Shown: positions 1 through 10,273, counted from the first letter of the stretch. The stretch is 64,000 nt of DNA from Planctomycetota bacterium (GCA_021819825.1 JAKAEZ010000006.1:33404-97403), one strand, 5' to 3'. The notes: a model not told the origin generated them from the sequence alone. Program-made: numbers and translations.

Positions 1-53
1 GCCTCAGCGGTGAACTGATGGTCCAGCGGAAGCGGGATGCACGGCGTGAGTAA
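1..53 (+). CDS. 3' end of probable AbrB/MazE-type antitoxin (partial)
   Basis: Frame from position 3 reads LSGELMVQRKRDARRE* (TAA 51-53), like the C-termini of AbrB-family antitoxins. It overlaps the GTG start (46) of the downstream PIN toxin. Confidence 0.6.
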   Translation, partial: LSGELMVQRKRDARRE

Positions 54-456
54 GGTGAACATCATTGATGCCTCGGCGGCTTTAGCGTACATGCAGGGCG
101 AACAGGGCGCTGAAGTAATGGACGAAGCGCTGGATCAATGTCCGTCATGGATAACTGCGGTGAATTATTGCGAAATACTGGGCAAACTCATGGAAAAAGG
201 TGTGCCGCAGACGGAAGCCCGGATGGCGACGGAGGATTTGGGGCTGGAAATCATTGATTTCAACCAGGATCTCGCCTGCCGGGCCGCTGCCCTGCGCCAT
301 ACCACGAAAGCCATAGGCGCTTCGCTGGGTGACAGAGCATGCCTGGCTCTTGCCGAACAGACGGCGGAAACCAGCAAGGTTCCCGTCGTCTACACAGCCG
401 AGCGAGCCTGGAGCAAGCTGCAGTGGCGGTTCAAGATTATTCTGATCCGCCATTAA
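46..456 (+). CDS. vapC: PIN-domain VapC-family toxin
   Basis: IIDASAALA, VNYCEI, SLGDRACLALA and VYTAER are PIN motifs. About 136 aa, with a GTG start overlapping the upstream ORF. Confidence 0.85.
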   Translation: MSKVNIIDASAALAYMQGEQGAEVMDEALDQCPSWITAVNYCEILGKLMEKGVPQTEARMATEDLGLEIIDFNQDLACRAAALRHTTKAIGASLGDRACLALAEQTAETSKVPVVYTAERAWSKLQWRFKIILIRH

Positions 457-726
457 TCGGACTGGCTCCCGGGATCCAGCTAAAATCCTGCGGCGGCGAT
501 GATGTGAGGCGTTGGCGCTGTTAATGTTCGCTCCCGGATTCAGTTCTCATGGTTATATGGCCACCGCTGGAAATTCCGGACATATTTTATGGCGGCTTTC
601 CCCGCGGCGCGCAATTTTGAAAAAAAGTCCGCACCAGATGGGCAGCACCGCATTGACATACTATAACAGTCCGGGCAACTCGTTATAATACTGCTTGGAA
701 CATCGGGCCAGGAAAAGAGTTGTCCT

Positions 727-1590
727 ATGACTGTAACTTCTGTTGATGGCAAGTCGTCGGCGCAAATGCCAGCGCAGCGCCCGGCCGGTAAAATTACGCT
801 TGGCACGTTGAAAACCATGCGGCAGCAGCAGCAGCCGATTGCCATGCTGACGTGTTATGATTTTCCCACCGCCAAAATTTTAGCCACCTGCGGCGTGCCG
901 GTTCTGCTGGTGGGAGATTCTGCCGCTACGACTGTACTGGGTGAATCATCCACGATTCATGCAACCATGGATTTTATGATCCTGCTGACCCGCGCTGTGC
1001 GGCGCGGGGCACCGGATGTTTTTCTGATGGGAGATATGCCCTTTGGCAGCTATGCCACGGAGGATTCCGCAGTATGTAATGGAAAAAGATTTTTGACCGA
1101 TGCCACTGTGGATTGCGTGAAATTGGAATGCGATCTGCGGCATGAAAACATCGTGCGGGCGATGTCCATGGCGGGCATTCCGGTTTGTGCTCATTTGGGC
1201 CTTTTGCCGCAACGGGCGGTGCAGCAGGGGGGATATCGCTATCAGGGGCGCACAGAGCCGGAGGCCGATCGCCTGGTGCGGGAAGCCGTGGCCATGGTGC
1301 AGGCCGGTGCGGAACTGTTGCTGCTGGAAGCGGTTCCGGATCGCGTGAGTCGGCGGATTGTGGAAGCGGTGGGTTGCCCTGTTCTGGGGTGCGGAGCTGG
1401 GCCAAGCTGCCATGGCCATGTACTGGTATTGCATGATATGCTGGGCTACACGGAAAAAGTGCCGCGGTTTGTGGAACGCTTCGGCACGGTTCCGGCGGCG
1501 GTGGCGGAGGCGGCCAGTGCGTATGTACGGGCGGTGGAAACGCGGGCCTATCCACAGGTTCGCCATGAATATGGCGTAAAGGAGTCGTAA
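727..1590 (+). CDS. panB: 3-methyl-2-oxobutanoate hydroxymethyltransferase
   Basis: Motifs MLTCYD, LLVGDS, GDMPFGSY, VKLE, HLGLLPQ and GHVLVLHDMLG. Confidence 0.95.
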   Translation: MTVTSVDGKSSAQMPAQRPAGKITLGTLKTMRQQQQPIAMLTCYDFPTAKILATCGVPVLLVGDSAATTVLGESSTIHATMDFMILLTRAVRRGAPDVFLMGDMPFGSYATEDSAVCNGKRFLTDATVDCVKLECDLRHENIVRAMSMAGIPVCAHLGLLPQRAVQQGGYRYQGRTEPEADRLVREAVAMVQAGAELLLLEAVPDRVSRRIVEAVGCPVLGCGAGPSCHGHVLVLHDMLGYTEKVPRFVERFGTVPAAVAEAASAYVRAVETRAYPQVRHEYGVKES

Positions 1591-1593
1591 GTC

Positions 1594-2748
1594 ATCAGTT
1601 CGCCGGTATTTTTTCTTTCCGCAGCTGAGCACAGCGGCGATGCCTTGGGAGCCGCCTTAATAGAGGCATTGCGCGGAGAATTTCCCAAAGCGCGGTTTAT
1701 TGGTATCGGCGGACCAAAAATGGCCAAAGCCGGTTGTCGGCTGTTTGCCGACCCAACCAAAAATTCAGCGATGCTGGTGGGGGCGCTGGCCCAGGCGGGC
1801 TACTGGTTGGATCTGCTGAAGCGGTTGAAAAAAGAATTGGCGCTTGATAAGCCCGACGTGATTATCCCCATTGATTCCCCCACGGTGAACTTACGAATCG
1901 CCCGCCTAGGGAAAAAATTGGGCGTTCCGGTTTGCTATTACGTAGCCCCGCAACTTTGGGCCTGGGCACCCTGGCGCATTAAAGTGGTTCGTGCCACGGT
2001 GGATACGCTGTGTTGCGTATTGCCATTTGAGCAGCATTATTTTGGCCACCAGGGTGTGCATACCGTATATGTGGGGCATCCGTTATTTGATCAGGCGGCC
2101 AACCGGTCGGAATCTGATCCGGAATTGGTAAAGCCCCCGCTGCCCGCCGCTCCGCTGCGTCTGGCATTGCTGCCGGGGTCGCGAAAAGGGGAGATTGCCG
2201 CAAATTTACCGCCGATGCTGGAAACATTTCTTACCCTGCGTGGCAAGTTTCCGAGCATTGCGGCGGTGGCGGCGGCAGCCGATGCGGAGCGAGCCTGGCA
2301 AATCCGGAATTTTCTGCCGCGATACGGCGCTAAAATTGACGTTCGCACGGGCGTTACAGATGCCGTTATTCGCTGGGCGGATTTGGTTATTACCTGCAGT
2401 GGAACGGCGACTCTGCAAATTGCGCGGCATCATAAGCCCATGATTGTGCTGTATCATGTGGCATGGTGGAAGTGGAATCTGGTGGGGCGGTTTTTAATTC
2501 AAAGTAAATTCCTATGCCTGGTAAATATTCTGGCGGATCGCGAGATTGTTCCGGAATTTATGCCTTTTTACGGTCCGGTGCAGCCCGTCATTGATGCCGC
2601 CGGCGATTTATTGTCAAATCCCGACAAGCGCAAGGCTATGTCGCAGGAATTAGCAGCTCTCACCGCTCCCATGGCCGCTTATTCAGATCAAATGCCCGCG
2701 GCGCGGCGTGTGGCACTGGAAATCGCACGCCTTATGGCAATTCGATAA
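1594..2748 (+). CDS. lpxB: Lipid-A-disaccharide synthase
   Basis: Motifs IDSPTVN, YYVAPQLWAW, LPFE, YVGHPL, LLPGSR and SGTATL. The conserved N-terminal AxExSGD (FLSAAEHSGD) lies upstream of the ORF-track start at 1645, so the start is placed at the in-frame ATC 1594, 9 nt after AAGGAG. Confidence 0.9.
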   Translation: MSSPVFFLSAAEHSGDALGAALIEALRGEFPKARFIGIGGPKMAKAGCRLFADPTKNSAMLVGALAQAGYWLDLLKRLKKELALDKPDVIIPIDSPTVNLRIARLGKKLGVPVCYYVAPQLWAWAPWRIKVVRATVDTLCCVLPFEQHYFGHQGVHTVYVGHPLFDQAANRSESDPELVKPPLPAAPLRLALLPGSRKGEIAANLPPMLETFLTLRGKFPSIAAVAAAADAERAWQIRNFLPRYGAKIDVRTGVTDAVIRWADLVITCSGTATLQIARHHKPMIVLYHVAWWKWNLVGRFLIQSKFLCLVNILADREIVPEFMPFYGPVQPVIDAAGDLLSNPDKRKAMSQELAALTAPMAAYSDQMPAARRVALEIARLMAIR

Positions 2749-2803
2749 AATTTGCTATACTTATTGGTTTGAACGTCGGGATGAGGTGAGGAGAAGTGGA
2801 TTA

Positions 2804-5350
2804 ATGACACAAACAACTTTATCACCTCCTGTAGTAACGCCATCGCCAGTGGTTTATTTCACTCAGCCAACTGCGCGGTTATCGGTCCATGGAAAATTTC
2901 TGTGTTGTGGCGATGAGCCATTTCTTATAAAAGGCGTAACCTACGGGCCATTTCGTCCGGAGGCGGATGGGTGTGAATATCACACCCCTGAAAAAGTGGA
3001 CGCCGATTTTTCGATGATGGCCGAACACGGCATTAACTCTGTGCGAGTATATACGGTGCCTCCCCGGTGGCTATTGGATACAGCGCAACGGCACGGTCTG
3101 CACGTGTTTGTGGGATTGCCATGGGAGCAGCATATTGCGTTTCTGGATCACCCGCGAACGCGAAATTCAATCATAGATCGCGTGCGCAAGGGCGTGCAGC
3201 AGTGCGCGGGGCACCCGGCTTTACTGGCGTTCGCCATCGGCAATGAAATTCCGGCCCCTATTGTCCGCTGGTATGGATATCGCCGCATTGAGCGTTTTCT
3301 CAAACAACTCTACAGTGTGGCGAAGGAGGTCGATCCGGCGGCTCTGGTTACCTACGTCAACTATCCCACCACCGAATATTTGTATCTGCCCTTCCTGGAC
3401 TTCATGGCGATGAATGTGTACCTGGAAGATAAGCAGAAGCTGCGCAAATATATCAGCCGCCTGCACAATATCGCCGGTGACAAGCCCCTGCTGCTGGCGG
3501 AAATCGGGCTGGACAGTTTATCGAAAGGAGAATTGCAGCAGGCCGGCACGTTGGGCTGGCAGATTCGCACCGTATTTAAAAGCGGCTGCGCGGGGACTTT
3601 CCTGTTCGCCTGGACCGACGAATGGTACCGCGGCGGAAGCGAAATTACCGGTTGGGAGTTCGGACTTACCACACGCGATCGCCGCCCCAAACCCGCTTTG
3701 GTTGCCGCTCACGACGCCTTTTCAAAATTGCCCTTCCGGGTTGATGCGAAATGGCCGAAAGTTTCCATTGTCATTTGCAGTTATAACGGCTCGCGCACCA
3801 TTCGTTTTTGCCTGGATGGTGTTTCGCGCTTGCGCTACGCGGATTATGAAGTCATTGTCGTGGATGACGGCTCAACGGATGGCCTGGGGGAGATGGTGCG
3901 GGAATATCCCGTGAAATTAATTCAATCGCAAAATAAGGGCCTAAGCAATGCGCGCAATCTTGGCTTGCAAGCCGCTACCGGGGAAATCGTCGCGTATCTG
4001 GATGATGACGCGTGTCCCACGCCGTACTGGCTGCATTTTCTGGTGGAAACTTTCCGCACCGGGAAATATGTCGGCGTGGGCGGACCGAACATTGCACCGC
4101 CCGGCGATGCGGATATTGCTGATGCGGTAGCCCATTCCCCCGGCGGCCCGATTCATGTTTTGTTAAGCGATACGGAGGCCGAGCACATTCCCGGCTGCAA
4201 CATGGCGTTTTTGACGCAGTCCTTACGGGCGGTCGGTGGTTTTGACCCGCTATTCCGAATTGCCGGTGACGATGTGGATGCCTGTTGGCGGCTGCAGGCT
4301 CGCGGCTGGCACCTGGGCTTTAGTCCGGCGGCTGTGGTGTGGCATAAACGCAGAAATTCGCTGCGCGCCTACTGGCGGCAACAGTTGAATTACGGTAAAG
4401 CCGAAGCCATGCTGGAACGTAAATGGCCTGAAAAATATAATGCCTTCGGCCATATCGCGTGGCACGGGCGGATTTATGGCCGCGGATTGTGGCAGTTTCT
4501 AAACTGGGGACACCGCAGAATATATCATGGCTCCTGGGGCGGAGCCTTGTTTCAAAGCGTGTATCACGGCTCGCCGGGGGTTATGATGTCATTGGCTATG
4601 ACGCCCGAATGGTATCTGGGCGTGCTGATGTTAAGTGTGATGGTCATGGTGGGCTTTTATTGGCACCCTGTCGTACTGGGCATACTGCTTCTGGCGGCCT
4701 TGACCGCGACCGTGACCCAGGCGGTCATTGGTGCTTTCTACTGCCGCTTTGACGAGGTTCCCCGCACGCGAAAGGCCGTGTTAAAATTGCGGCTCCTGAC
4801 CATGTGGTGTTATCTCATTCAACCGGTGGCGCGCTTGCGTGGTAGACTTTCTCGAGGTTTATCACCTTGGCGGATGCGTATGCCAAGCGGGCTGGATATT
4901 CCTGTGCCGCGGGAATTTGTTCTCTGGAGCGAAGCGTGGCGCGGTACCGAAGATCGCCTGACTGATCTGGAATCCTTCCTTAAACAGGAAGGAATGTGTG
5001 TGCAGCGCGGGGGCGATTTTGACCGCTGGGATCTGACATGTCGCAGCGGTACATTTGGCTCCCTGCGCATCCGGCTGGTCATGGAAGAGCATGGAAATGG
5101 CCGGCAACTGGCCCGCTTGCGCACCTGGCCGACAGTTCCCCGCGTTATTTTGATGATGTTGGTTACTTTAATTGGTCTGGGGATTTTTGATCTTAGTGCG
5201 CGCAGTTGGCCCGGGGCTATTCCCATGTTGCTGGTGGCCGGGGCGTTGGCGCTGCGGGTGTCCATGGATGCGGGCGCGGCGTTGGCGGTCATCTTCAAAT
5301 ACATCCGCCAGAGTCGGCCCGGTGAATGCGAAGTCAGGAATGATCGATGA
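2804..5350 (+). CDS. Clan GH-A-like TIM-barrel glycoside hydrolase domain fused to a GT2 glycosyltransferase with C-terminal membrane helices
   Basis: N-terminal KGVTYGP, NSVRVY, IGNE and LLAEIG. GT2 motifs VSIVICSYN, VVDDGSTD, YLDDD, GDDVDACWRL and YWRQQ. Hydrophobic C-terminus. ATG 2804 follows GAGGAG. Confidence 0.85.
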   Translation: MTQTTLSPPVVTPSPVVYFTQPTARLSVHGKFLCCGDEPFLIKGVTYGPFRPEADGCEYHTPEKVDADFSMMAEHGINSVRVYTVPPRWLLDTAQRHGLHVFVGLPWEQHIAFLDHPRTRNSIIDRVRKGVQQCAGHPALLAFAIGNEIPAPIVRWYGYRRIERFLKQLYSVAKEVDPAALVTYVNYPTTEYLYLPFLDFMAMNVYLEDKQKLRKYISRLHNIAGDKPLLLAEIGLDSLSKGELQQAGTLGWQIRTVFKSGCAGTFLFAWTDEWYRGGSEITGWEFGLTTRDRRPKPALVAAHDAFSKLPFRVDAKWPKVSIVICSYNGSRTIRFCLDGVSRLRYADYEVIVVDDGSTDGLGEMVREYPVKLIQSQNKGLSNARNLGLQAATGEIVAYLDDDACPTPYWLHFLVETFRTGKYVGVGGPNIAPPGDADIADAVAHSPGGPIHVLLSDTEAEHIPGCNMAFLTQSLRAVGGFDPLFRIAGDDVDACWRLQARGWHLGFSPAAVVWHKRRNSLRAYWRQQLNYGKAEAMLERKWPEKYNAFGHIAWHGRIYGRGLWQFLNWGHRRIYHGSWGGALFQSVYHGSPGVMMSLAMTPEWYLGVLMLSVMVMVGFYWHPVVLGILLLAALTATVTQAVIGAFYCRFDEVPRTRKAVLKLRLLTMWCYLIQPVARLRGRLSRGLSPWRMRMPSGLDIPVPREFVLWSEAWRGTEDRLTDLESFLKQEGMCVQRGGDFDRWDLTCRSGTFGSLRIRLVMEEHGNGRQLARLRTWPTVPRVILMMLVTLIGLGIFDLSARSWPGAIPMLLVAGALALRVSMDAGAALAVIFKYIRQSRPGECEVRNDR

Positions 5351-7209
5351 ACGTGCCGGCCAAAACGGTTCGACCCGCCCGGCCCGGTGCCTTGCGCACG
5401 GCGGCACGGCTTTTGGCGTTGTGCATGGGCGGGGAAGTGCGAACAACAAGTATCGGTCTGTTGCTGATGCTCTCCGGATCATTAATCGGGCTTTTGCAGC
5501 CGTGGCCGCTGAAATACATTATGAATGTGGTGGCGACAAAATCCGCACCGCCGGGATTTCTGGTCGCCACGCAAAACTTTATCGCGCATTTAATTCCTAT
5601 CGGCAACAACAAGCTGGGGCTAATCGGATTGTTATGTCTGGCGTTGCTGCTTTTAAGTGTGGGCAGCGCTGCGATAACCGTCCTAAGCACCTGGCTTCTG
5701 GTTTCATCCGGCTTGCGCATGGTCTTTAAACTCCGCTGCCGCGTCTTTGAACATATGCAACGCCTGCCCTTGAGTTTCCACGATTCCACCACGGTCGGCG
5801 ACTCTTTATACCGCATTACCTGGGATACGTATGCTGTGCAGGCTCTGTTTAATGCGGGGTTGGTGCCGGGGATTTCATCGGTTGTCACACTCGTGGGCAT
5901 TGCGATCGTGATGGTCGGACAGGATTGGGAGATCGCGGTGGTGGCTCTGGTTATCGGCTGCGTGTTGCTGGTGCTGGTTCATGGGCTGGAAAAGCCCACA
6001 ACCGAGCTATCTACGCGTGTGCATGAATATGAGAGCCGCGTCAGTACGCGCGTGGAGCAAACCCTGGGCGGTATTCGCGCGGTGCAAGCCTTTGGCCGGG
6101 AGGCCTTGGAGTCAACGCGCTTTGCCAAGCAGGCCAATGAAAGCCTGAAGGCCAATTTACGCCTTACGGTCCTGCAAACCGCCAGTCAAAGCGGCGTGGC
6201 CGTTTTGTTCGCTTGCGGTACTGCCGCCATCATATGGATGACGGCTCGCCGGGTGCTGGCCGGGCAGTTGTCACCGGGCGATATTGTTCTGATGGTCGGT
6301 TACACCGCCCTGTTGTTTAAGCCGCTGGAAACACTTTCTTATACAGTATCGTCCATACAAGGATCAGTAGCCGGAGCGCATCGGGTTTTTGAAATTTTGG
6401 ATAAAAAACCCCTGATCAGTGATTCGCCCCATGCCACTGCGATCAAAACCCCGGTGCTGGGGAAAATCGAATTCGAGCATGTCACTTTTGGTTACCAACC
6501 CGACCAAAAGGTGCTCGGCGGCGTTGACCTGACCATTCCCGCCGGTACGTCTGTGGCGATGGTAGGGCCGTCCGGTGCGGGAAAAACTACGTTGGCGTCG
6601 CTGATTTTACGCTTTTATGATCCGGTTCACGGGCGGATATTGCTCGATGGCCGCGACTTACGCGACATTACGCTGGCGTCTTTGCGACGGCAGATTGCCA
6701 TTGTGCCGCAGGAACCGGTGCTTTTCGATGTCAGCATTCATGAAAATATCGCCTATTCCCGGCCGGAAGCCACCCTTGAGGATGTCCATGCCGCCGCCCG
6801 CGCTGCCGGAGCCTGGGATTTCATTCAGGCATTGCCCGCGGGTTTTGATACGGTTATCGGAGAGCGCGGCGTGATGCTCTCCGGCGGCCAACGGCAACGA
6901 TTGTCTCTGGCCCGCGCGTTTTTGAAAGATGCGCGAATTGTTGTGCTGGATGAACCCACCACCGGCCTGGATGCCCAAACCGAAGCAGATGTTTTATCTG
7001 CCCTGCGGCGGCTTATGGCGGGCCGCACGACCATTATCATCGCGCATCACCTGCATACCGTGCGGTATGTGGATCAGATTATCGTGCTGCAAGGCGGAGC
7101 GCTCATTCAAACCGGAACGCACGATCAACTGCTGCAACAGGATGGTCTGTACCGCCAGTTGTATAATTTGCAATATCAGCCTCAGATGCAGCCGGCGGAG
7201 GTTCCATGA
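5347..7209 (+). CDS. ABC exporter, fused permease and ATPase (MsbA/NdvA-like)
   Basis: N-terminal TM domain, Walker A GPSGAGKT, signature LSGGQRQR, Walker B VVLDE. ATGA overlap with the upstream gene. Confidence 0.92.
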   Translation: MNVPAKTVRPARPGALRTAARLLALCMGGEVRTTSIGLLLMLSGSLIGLLQPWPLKYIMNVVATKSAPPGFLVATQNFIAHLIPIGNNKLGLIGLLCLALLLLSVGSAAITVLSTWLLVSSGLRMVFKLRCRVFEHMQRLPLSFHDSTTVGDSLYRITWDTYAVQALFNAGLVPGISSVVTLVGIAIVMVGQDWEIAVVALVIGCVLLVLVHGLEKPTTELSTRVHEYESRVSTRVEQTLGGIRAVQAFGREALESTRFAKQANESLKANLRLTVLQTASQSGVAVLFACGTAAIIWMTARRVLAGQLSPGDIVLMVGYTALLFKPLETLSYTVSSIQGSVAGAHRVFEILDKKPLISDSPHATAIKTPVLGKIEFEHVTFGYQPDQKVLGGVDLTIPAGTSVAMVGPSGAGKTTLASLILRFYDPVHGRILLDGRDLRDITLASLRRQIAIVPQEPVLFDVSIHENIAYSRPEATLEDVHAAARAAGAWDFIQALPAGFDTVIGERGVMLSGGQRQRLSLARAFLKDARIVVLDEPTTGLDAQTEADVLSALRRLMAGRTTIIIAHHLHTVRYVDQIIVLQGGALIQTGTHDQLLQQDGLYRQLYNLQYQPQMQPAEVP

Positions 7210-7775
7210 GCACGCCATCGGCTGATTGTATGACCCCTTGGGACGGCGGAACATTGCCGACGGGAGTTCGCGTCGGCGCGAATACCTGTATCTTGGGTAA
7301 AGCTGCGTTTCGCAGATTTCGCGGGCAACTGCCCGATGCTCTGGTCATCGGGGATCAGGCGACTATGGACGGCGTCCAATTTTCCGTGGGGCCGGCGGCC
7401 CGGATTGCCATCGGCAGTTTCTGCTGTTTCACCGGCGCTGTGCTGATGTGTGAATTATCCATATCCATTGGCAGTTACGTACTTATTGGGTGGAATGCGG
7501 TGATCGCGGACAGTGATTTTCATCCCATTGCCCCGGCAGAAAGAATTCTGGACGCGGTAGCCTGCTCTCCGGCAGCCCATGGGCCGCGGCCGAAGGTGCT
7601 GACGGCGGCGGTAGTTATTGAGGACGATGTGTGGATCGGACCGAATGCCACCATTTTTAAGGGTGTGCATATCGGCCGGGGGGCGTGGATCGGGCCGGGC
7701 AGCGTGGTAACGCGGAATGTTGCTCCGGGCACACGGGTGGCCGGCAACCCGGCTCGCCCGGTGGAGGCATCCTAA
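7206..7775 (+). CDS. Hexapeptide-repeat (left-handed beta-helix) acyltransferase
   Basis: DSDFH and VVIEDDVWIGPNATIFKGVHIGRGAWIGPGSVV...AGNPAR. Confidence 0.88.
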   Translation: MSTPSADCMTPWDGGTLPTGVRVGANTCILGKAAFRRFRGQLPDALVIGDQATMDGVQFSVGPAARIAIGSFCCFTGAVLMCELSISIGSYVLIGWNAVIADSDFHPIAPAERILDAVACSPAAHGPRPKVLTAAVVIEDDVWIGPNATIFKGVHIGRGAWIGPGSVVTRNVAPGTRVAGNPARPVEAS

Positions 7776-8374
7776 TGAGCCGCACGATACCAGGCGACTG
7801 GCATAACGGATACATTCCGGACAATGCCGTAGTGGGCGACGGTGCCTATGTGGAAACGTCCTGGAGTTTTCAACGATGCCGCAGCACGCGCGATCAGGCG
7901 ATCATATTGGGAGAAAATAGCTCGGTATACATGGGCTGCATGTTTGACATGGGAATGGAAGCGCAGCTGACTGTCGGGGCGTACAGCCTGATAAATGGCC
8001 TGTGGCTGATTTGTGATCAGCGCGTGACTATCGGCACGCACTGTCTGGTGTCATGGAATGTGGTCATCATGGACAATTTCCGTGCCCCGGAGGATATTCC
8101 CTCGCGCCGGCGCATGTTGGAGGAATTTGCCGCCGGGCGCGACCGCCGACTGACGCCCGCCATAAAACCGCGGCCGGTCGTCATCGGCCATAACGTATGG
8201 ATTGGTTTTGATTGTTGCATATTGCCGGGCGTTCGCATCGGAGACGGCAGCATTATCGGCGCGCGATCGGTGGTGGACGGCGAGATACCTCCGTATTGTA
8301 TTGCCGCCGGCAACCCGGCACGAATCATTCGTTTCCTGTCGGAAAAGGAGGACCGCCTTGGCCGCCGAATCTAA
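7775..8374 (+). CDS. Second hexapeptide-repeat acyltransferase
   Basis: VVIGHNVWIGFDCCILPGVRIGDGSIIGARSVV...AGNPAR. TAATG overlap at 7773-7777. Confidence 0.88.
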   Translation: MSRTIPGDWHNGYIPDNAVVGDGAYVETSWSFQRCRSTRDQAIILGENSSVYMGCMFDMGMEAQLTVGAYSLINGLWLICDQRVTIGTHCLVSWNVVIMDNFRAPEDIPSRRRMLEEFAAGRDRRLTPAIKPRPVVIGHNVWIGFDCCILPGVRIGDGSIIGARSVVDGEIPPYCIAAGNPARIIRFLSEKEDRLGRRI

Positions 8375-9527
8375 ACCTAAAATAATTGTTTTTGGCATTC
8401 TGTTCTGGTATCCGCTGGCGGGCGTAACGTATCAATTTCTGCACTTTATGCTGGGCCTGCGGAAGCTGGGGTATGATCCCTATTACGTGGAAGATTCCGC
8501 GCGGTGGGTCTACAACCCTGACGTAGGTGATTGCACTGCAGACGCTTCAACAAACATTAACGCCGTGACTCCCATTCTAAGCCGGCACGGCTTGGCGGAC
8601 CGCTGGGCATTTCGCGGGAATTATGAAGGCGGCCAATGTTATGGCATGACCGACTCACAAATAACAGAACTCTATCGCACCGCGGATGTGATGATCAACG
8701 TGACCGGAGCGCAGGAACTGCGGGAAGAGCATCTGCGGTGTCCCGTACGCGTTTATCTGGAAACTGATCCGGTGGAATCGCAAATTCGCATTTCACAGGG
8801 AGATCCAAAAACGCTGGCCACGCTGGATCAGTACACGCACCACTTTACCTATGGTGAAAATCTGGGCTATCCGGATTGCAAACTTCCCGCAGGGCGTTAC
8901 CACTGGCGGCCTACGCGACAGCCGGTACTTCCGGATTTATGGGAGCCGCTGGCGGCGGTTCCCGGCGCACCGTTCAATACGATTGCGACGTGGAAAAACA
9001 AGGGAAAAGATATCGTATTTAACGGCGAAACTTACCACTGGTCAAAAGATCGTGAGTTCCTCAAATTTATTGATTTACCGAAGCGTTGCTCCGCGGCATT
9101 TGAACTGGCAACCGGCGCTGATGCCCCAACGCGAACTCTTCTGGAATCAAATCGCTGGCGCGTTGCCGATCCCGTGGCAGTTTCACGGGATATGCAGCGT
9201 TACCGCGACTATATCCGGCAATCTCGCGGGGAATTTACGGTGGCCAAAGATCAGAACATCCGTCTGAGAAGCGGTTGGTTCAGTGATCGTAGCGCCTGTT
9301 ATCTGGCGGCGGGGCGGCCGGTGATTAATCAGGAAACCGGTTTCAGTAACCATCTACCCACCGGACGCGGACTGTTTTCTTTTCAGACCATGGATGATAT
9401 CCTTATGGCCGTTGACGCAATTAATACCGATTATCCTGGTCATTGCCAGGCGGCGCGGGAAATTGCCCGGCAGTATTTTTCCGCGGAAAAAGTTTTGAAA
9501 AATGTCATGGATCAAATTGGATGCTGA
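8358..9527 (+). CDS. Uncharacterised GT-B-fold glycosyltransferase-like protein
   Basis: TTG start after AAGGAGG. C-terminal FSDRSACYLAAGRPVI...TGF resembles GT-B donor-binding segments. Lies within a glycan operon. Confidence 0.65.
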   Translation: MAAESKPKIIVFGILFWYPLAGVTYQFLHFMLGLRKLGYDPYYVEDSARWVYNPDVGDCTADASTNINAVTPILSRHGLADRWAFRGNYEGGQCYGMTDSQITELYRTADVMINVTGAQELREEHLRCPVRVYLETDPVESQIRISQGDPKTLATLDQYTHHFTYGENLGYPDCKLPAGRYHWRPTRQPVLPDLWEPLAAVPGAPFNTIATWKNKGKDIVFNGETYHWSKDREFLKFIDLPKRCSAAFELATGADAPTRTLLESNRWRVADPVAVSRDMQRYRDYIRQSRGEFTVAKDQNIRLRSGWFSDRSACYLAAGRPVINQETGFSNHLPTGRGLFSFQTMDDILMAVDAINTDYPGHCQAAREIARQYFSAEKVLKNVMDQIGC

Positions 9528-10273
9528 ATTCTACCGGCACGGTAAGGCCACAGGGAAAACAAAAGCGGTTAATTATTAATGCCGATGATTTCGGCTTAAG
9601 CACTGAAACCAACCGCGGCATTATTCAATGTCGTCAGCACGGAGTGTTAACCAGCGCCAGCCTCATGGTGCGAGCCCCCGCGGCGCGGCACGCCGCGCAA
9701 TATGCCTTGGACGATCCCGAACTAAGCCTGGGGTTGCATGTTGACCTGGGGGAATGGGTTTTGCGTGGTGATCAATGGGTGCAGACGCGATCGGTAGTGC
9801 CGCTGGATACGCCATCCGCCGTGCGCGATGAAATTTATGCGCAGTTGGACACATTCAGAGAATTAACACAGCGGAATCCCACGCATCTGGACTCGCATCA
9901 GCATACGCATCAGCGGCCATTCATAAAAGCCCTCATGCTGGAAATCGCCGCGCAGATGGGAATTGTGCTGCGCGGCACAGATAACCGTGTTCGTTTCTGG
10001 GGTGCTTTTTTCGGACAGGATGAATATTTGCGGCCAAGGGTGGAAAATATCTCCGTGGCTAATTTCATCACACTGTTAAACAACCTCCAACCCGGTGTTA
10101 CCGAATTGAGCTGCCACCCGGGCCTTGATGATCAATTAGATTCAGATTACCGCGCGGAACGCCTCCTGGAAGTTCAGACACTCTGTGATCCACGGGTCCG
10201 CCGAGTCATTGAAGACTTGGGAATCCAATTAACCTCATTTTTGTCCCTAGGTTCGACAGTTGCGGATGCTTAA
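9521..10273 (+). CDS. YdjC/ChbG/HpnK-family carbohydrate deacetylase
   Basis: Motifs LIINADDFG, TSASLM, LGLH, PTHLDSHQH and ELSCHPG. Confidence 0.9.
   Translation: MLNSTGTVRPQGKQKRLIINADDFGLSTETNRGIIQCRQHGVLTSASLMVRAPAARHAAQYALDDPELSLGLHVDLGEWVLRGDQWVQTRSVVPLDTPSAVRDEIYAQLDTFRELTQRNPTHLDSHQHTHQRPFIKALMLEIAAQMGIVLRGTDNRVRFWGAFFGQDEYLRPRVENISVANFITLLNNLQPGVTELSCHPGLDDQLDSDYRAERLLEVQTLCDPRVRRVIEDLGIQLTSFLSLGSTVADA

Noticed and set aside
946-1632. Long antisense ORFs (also 13945-14694, 15361-16044, 42309-42965, 45370-46026, 59921-60550)
   Set aside because: These are shadow frames opposite well-supported genes in GC-rich DNA, with no recognisable motifs.
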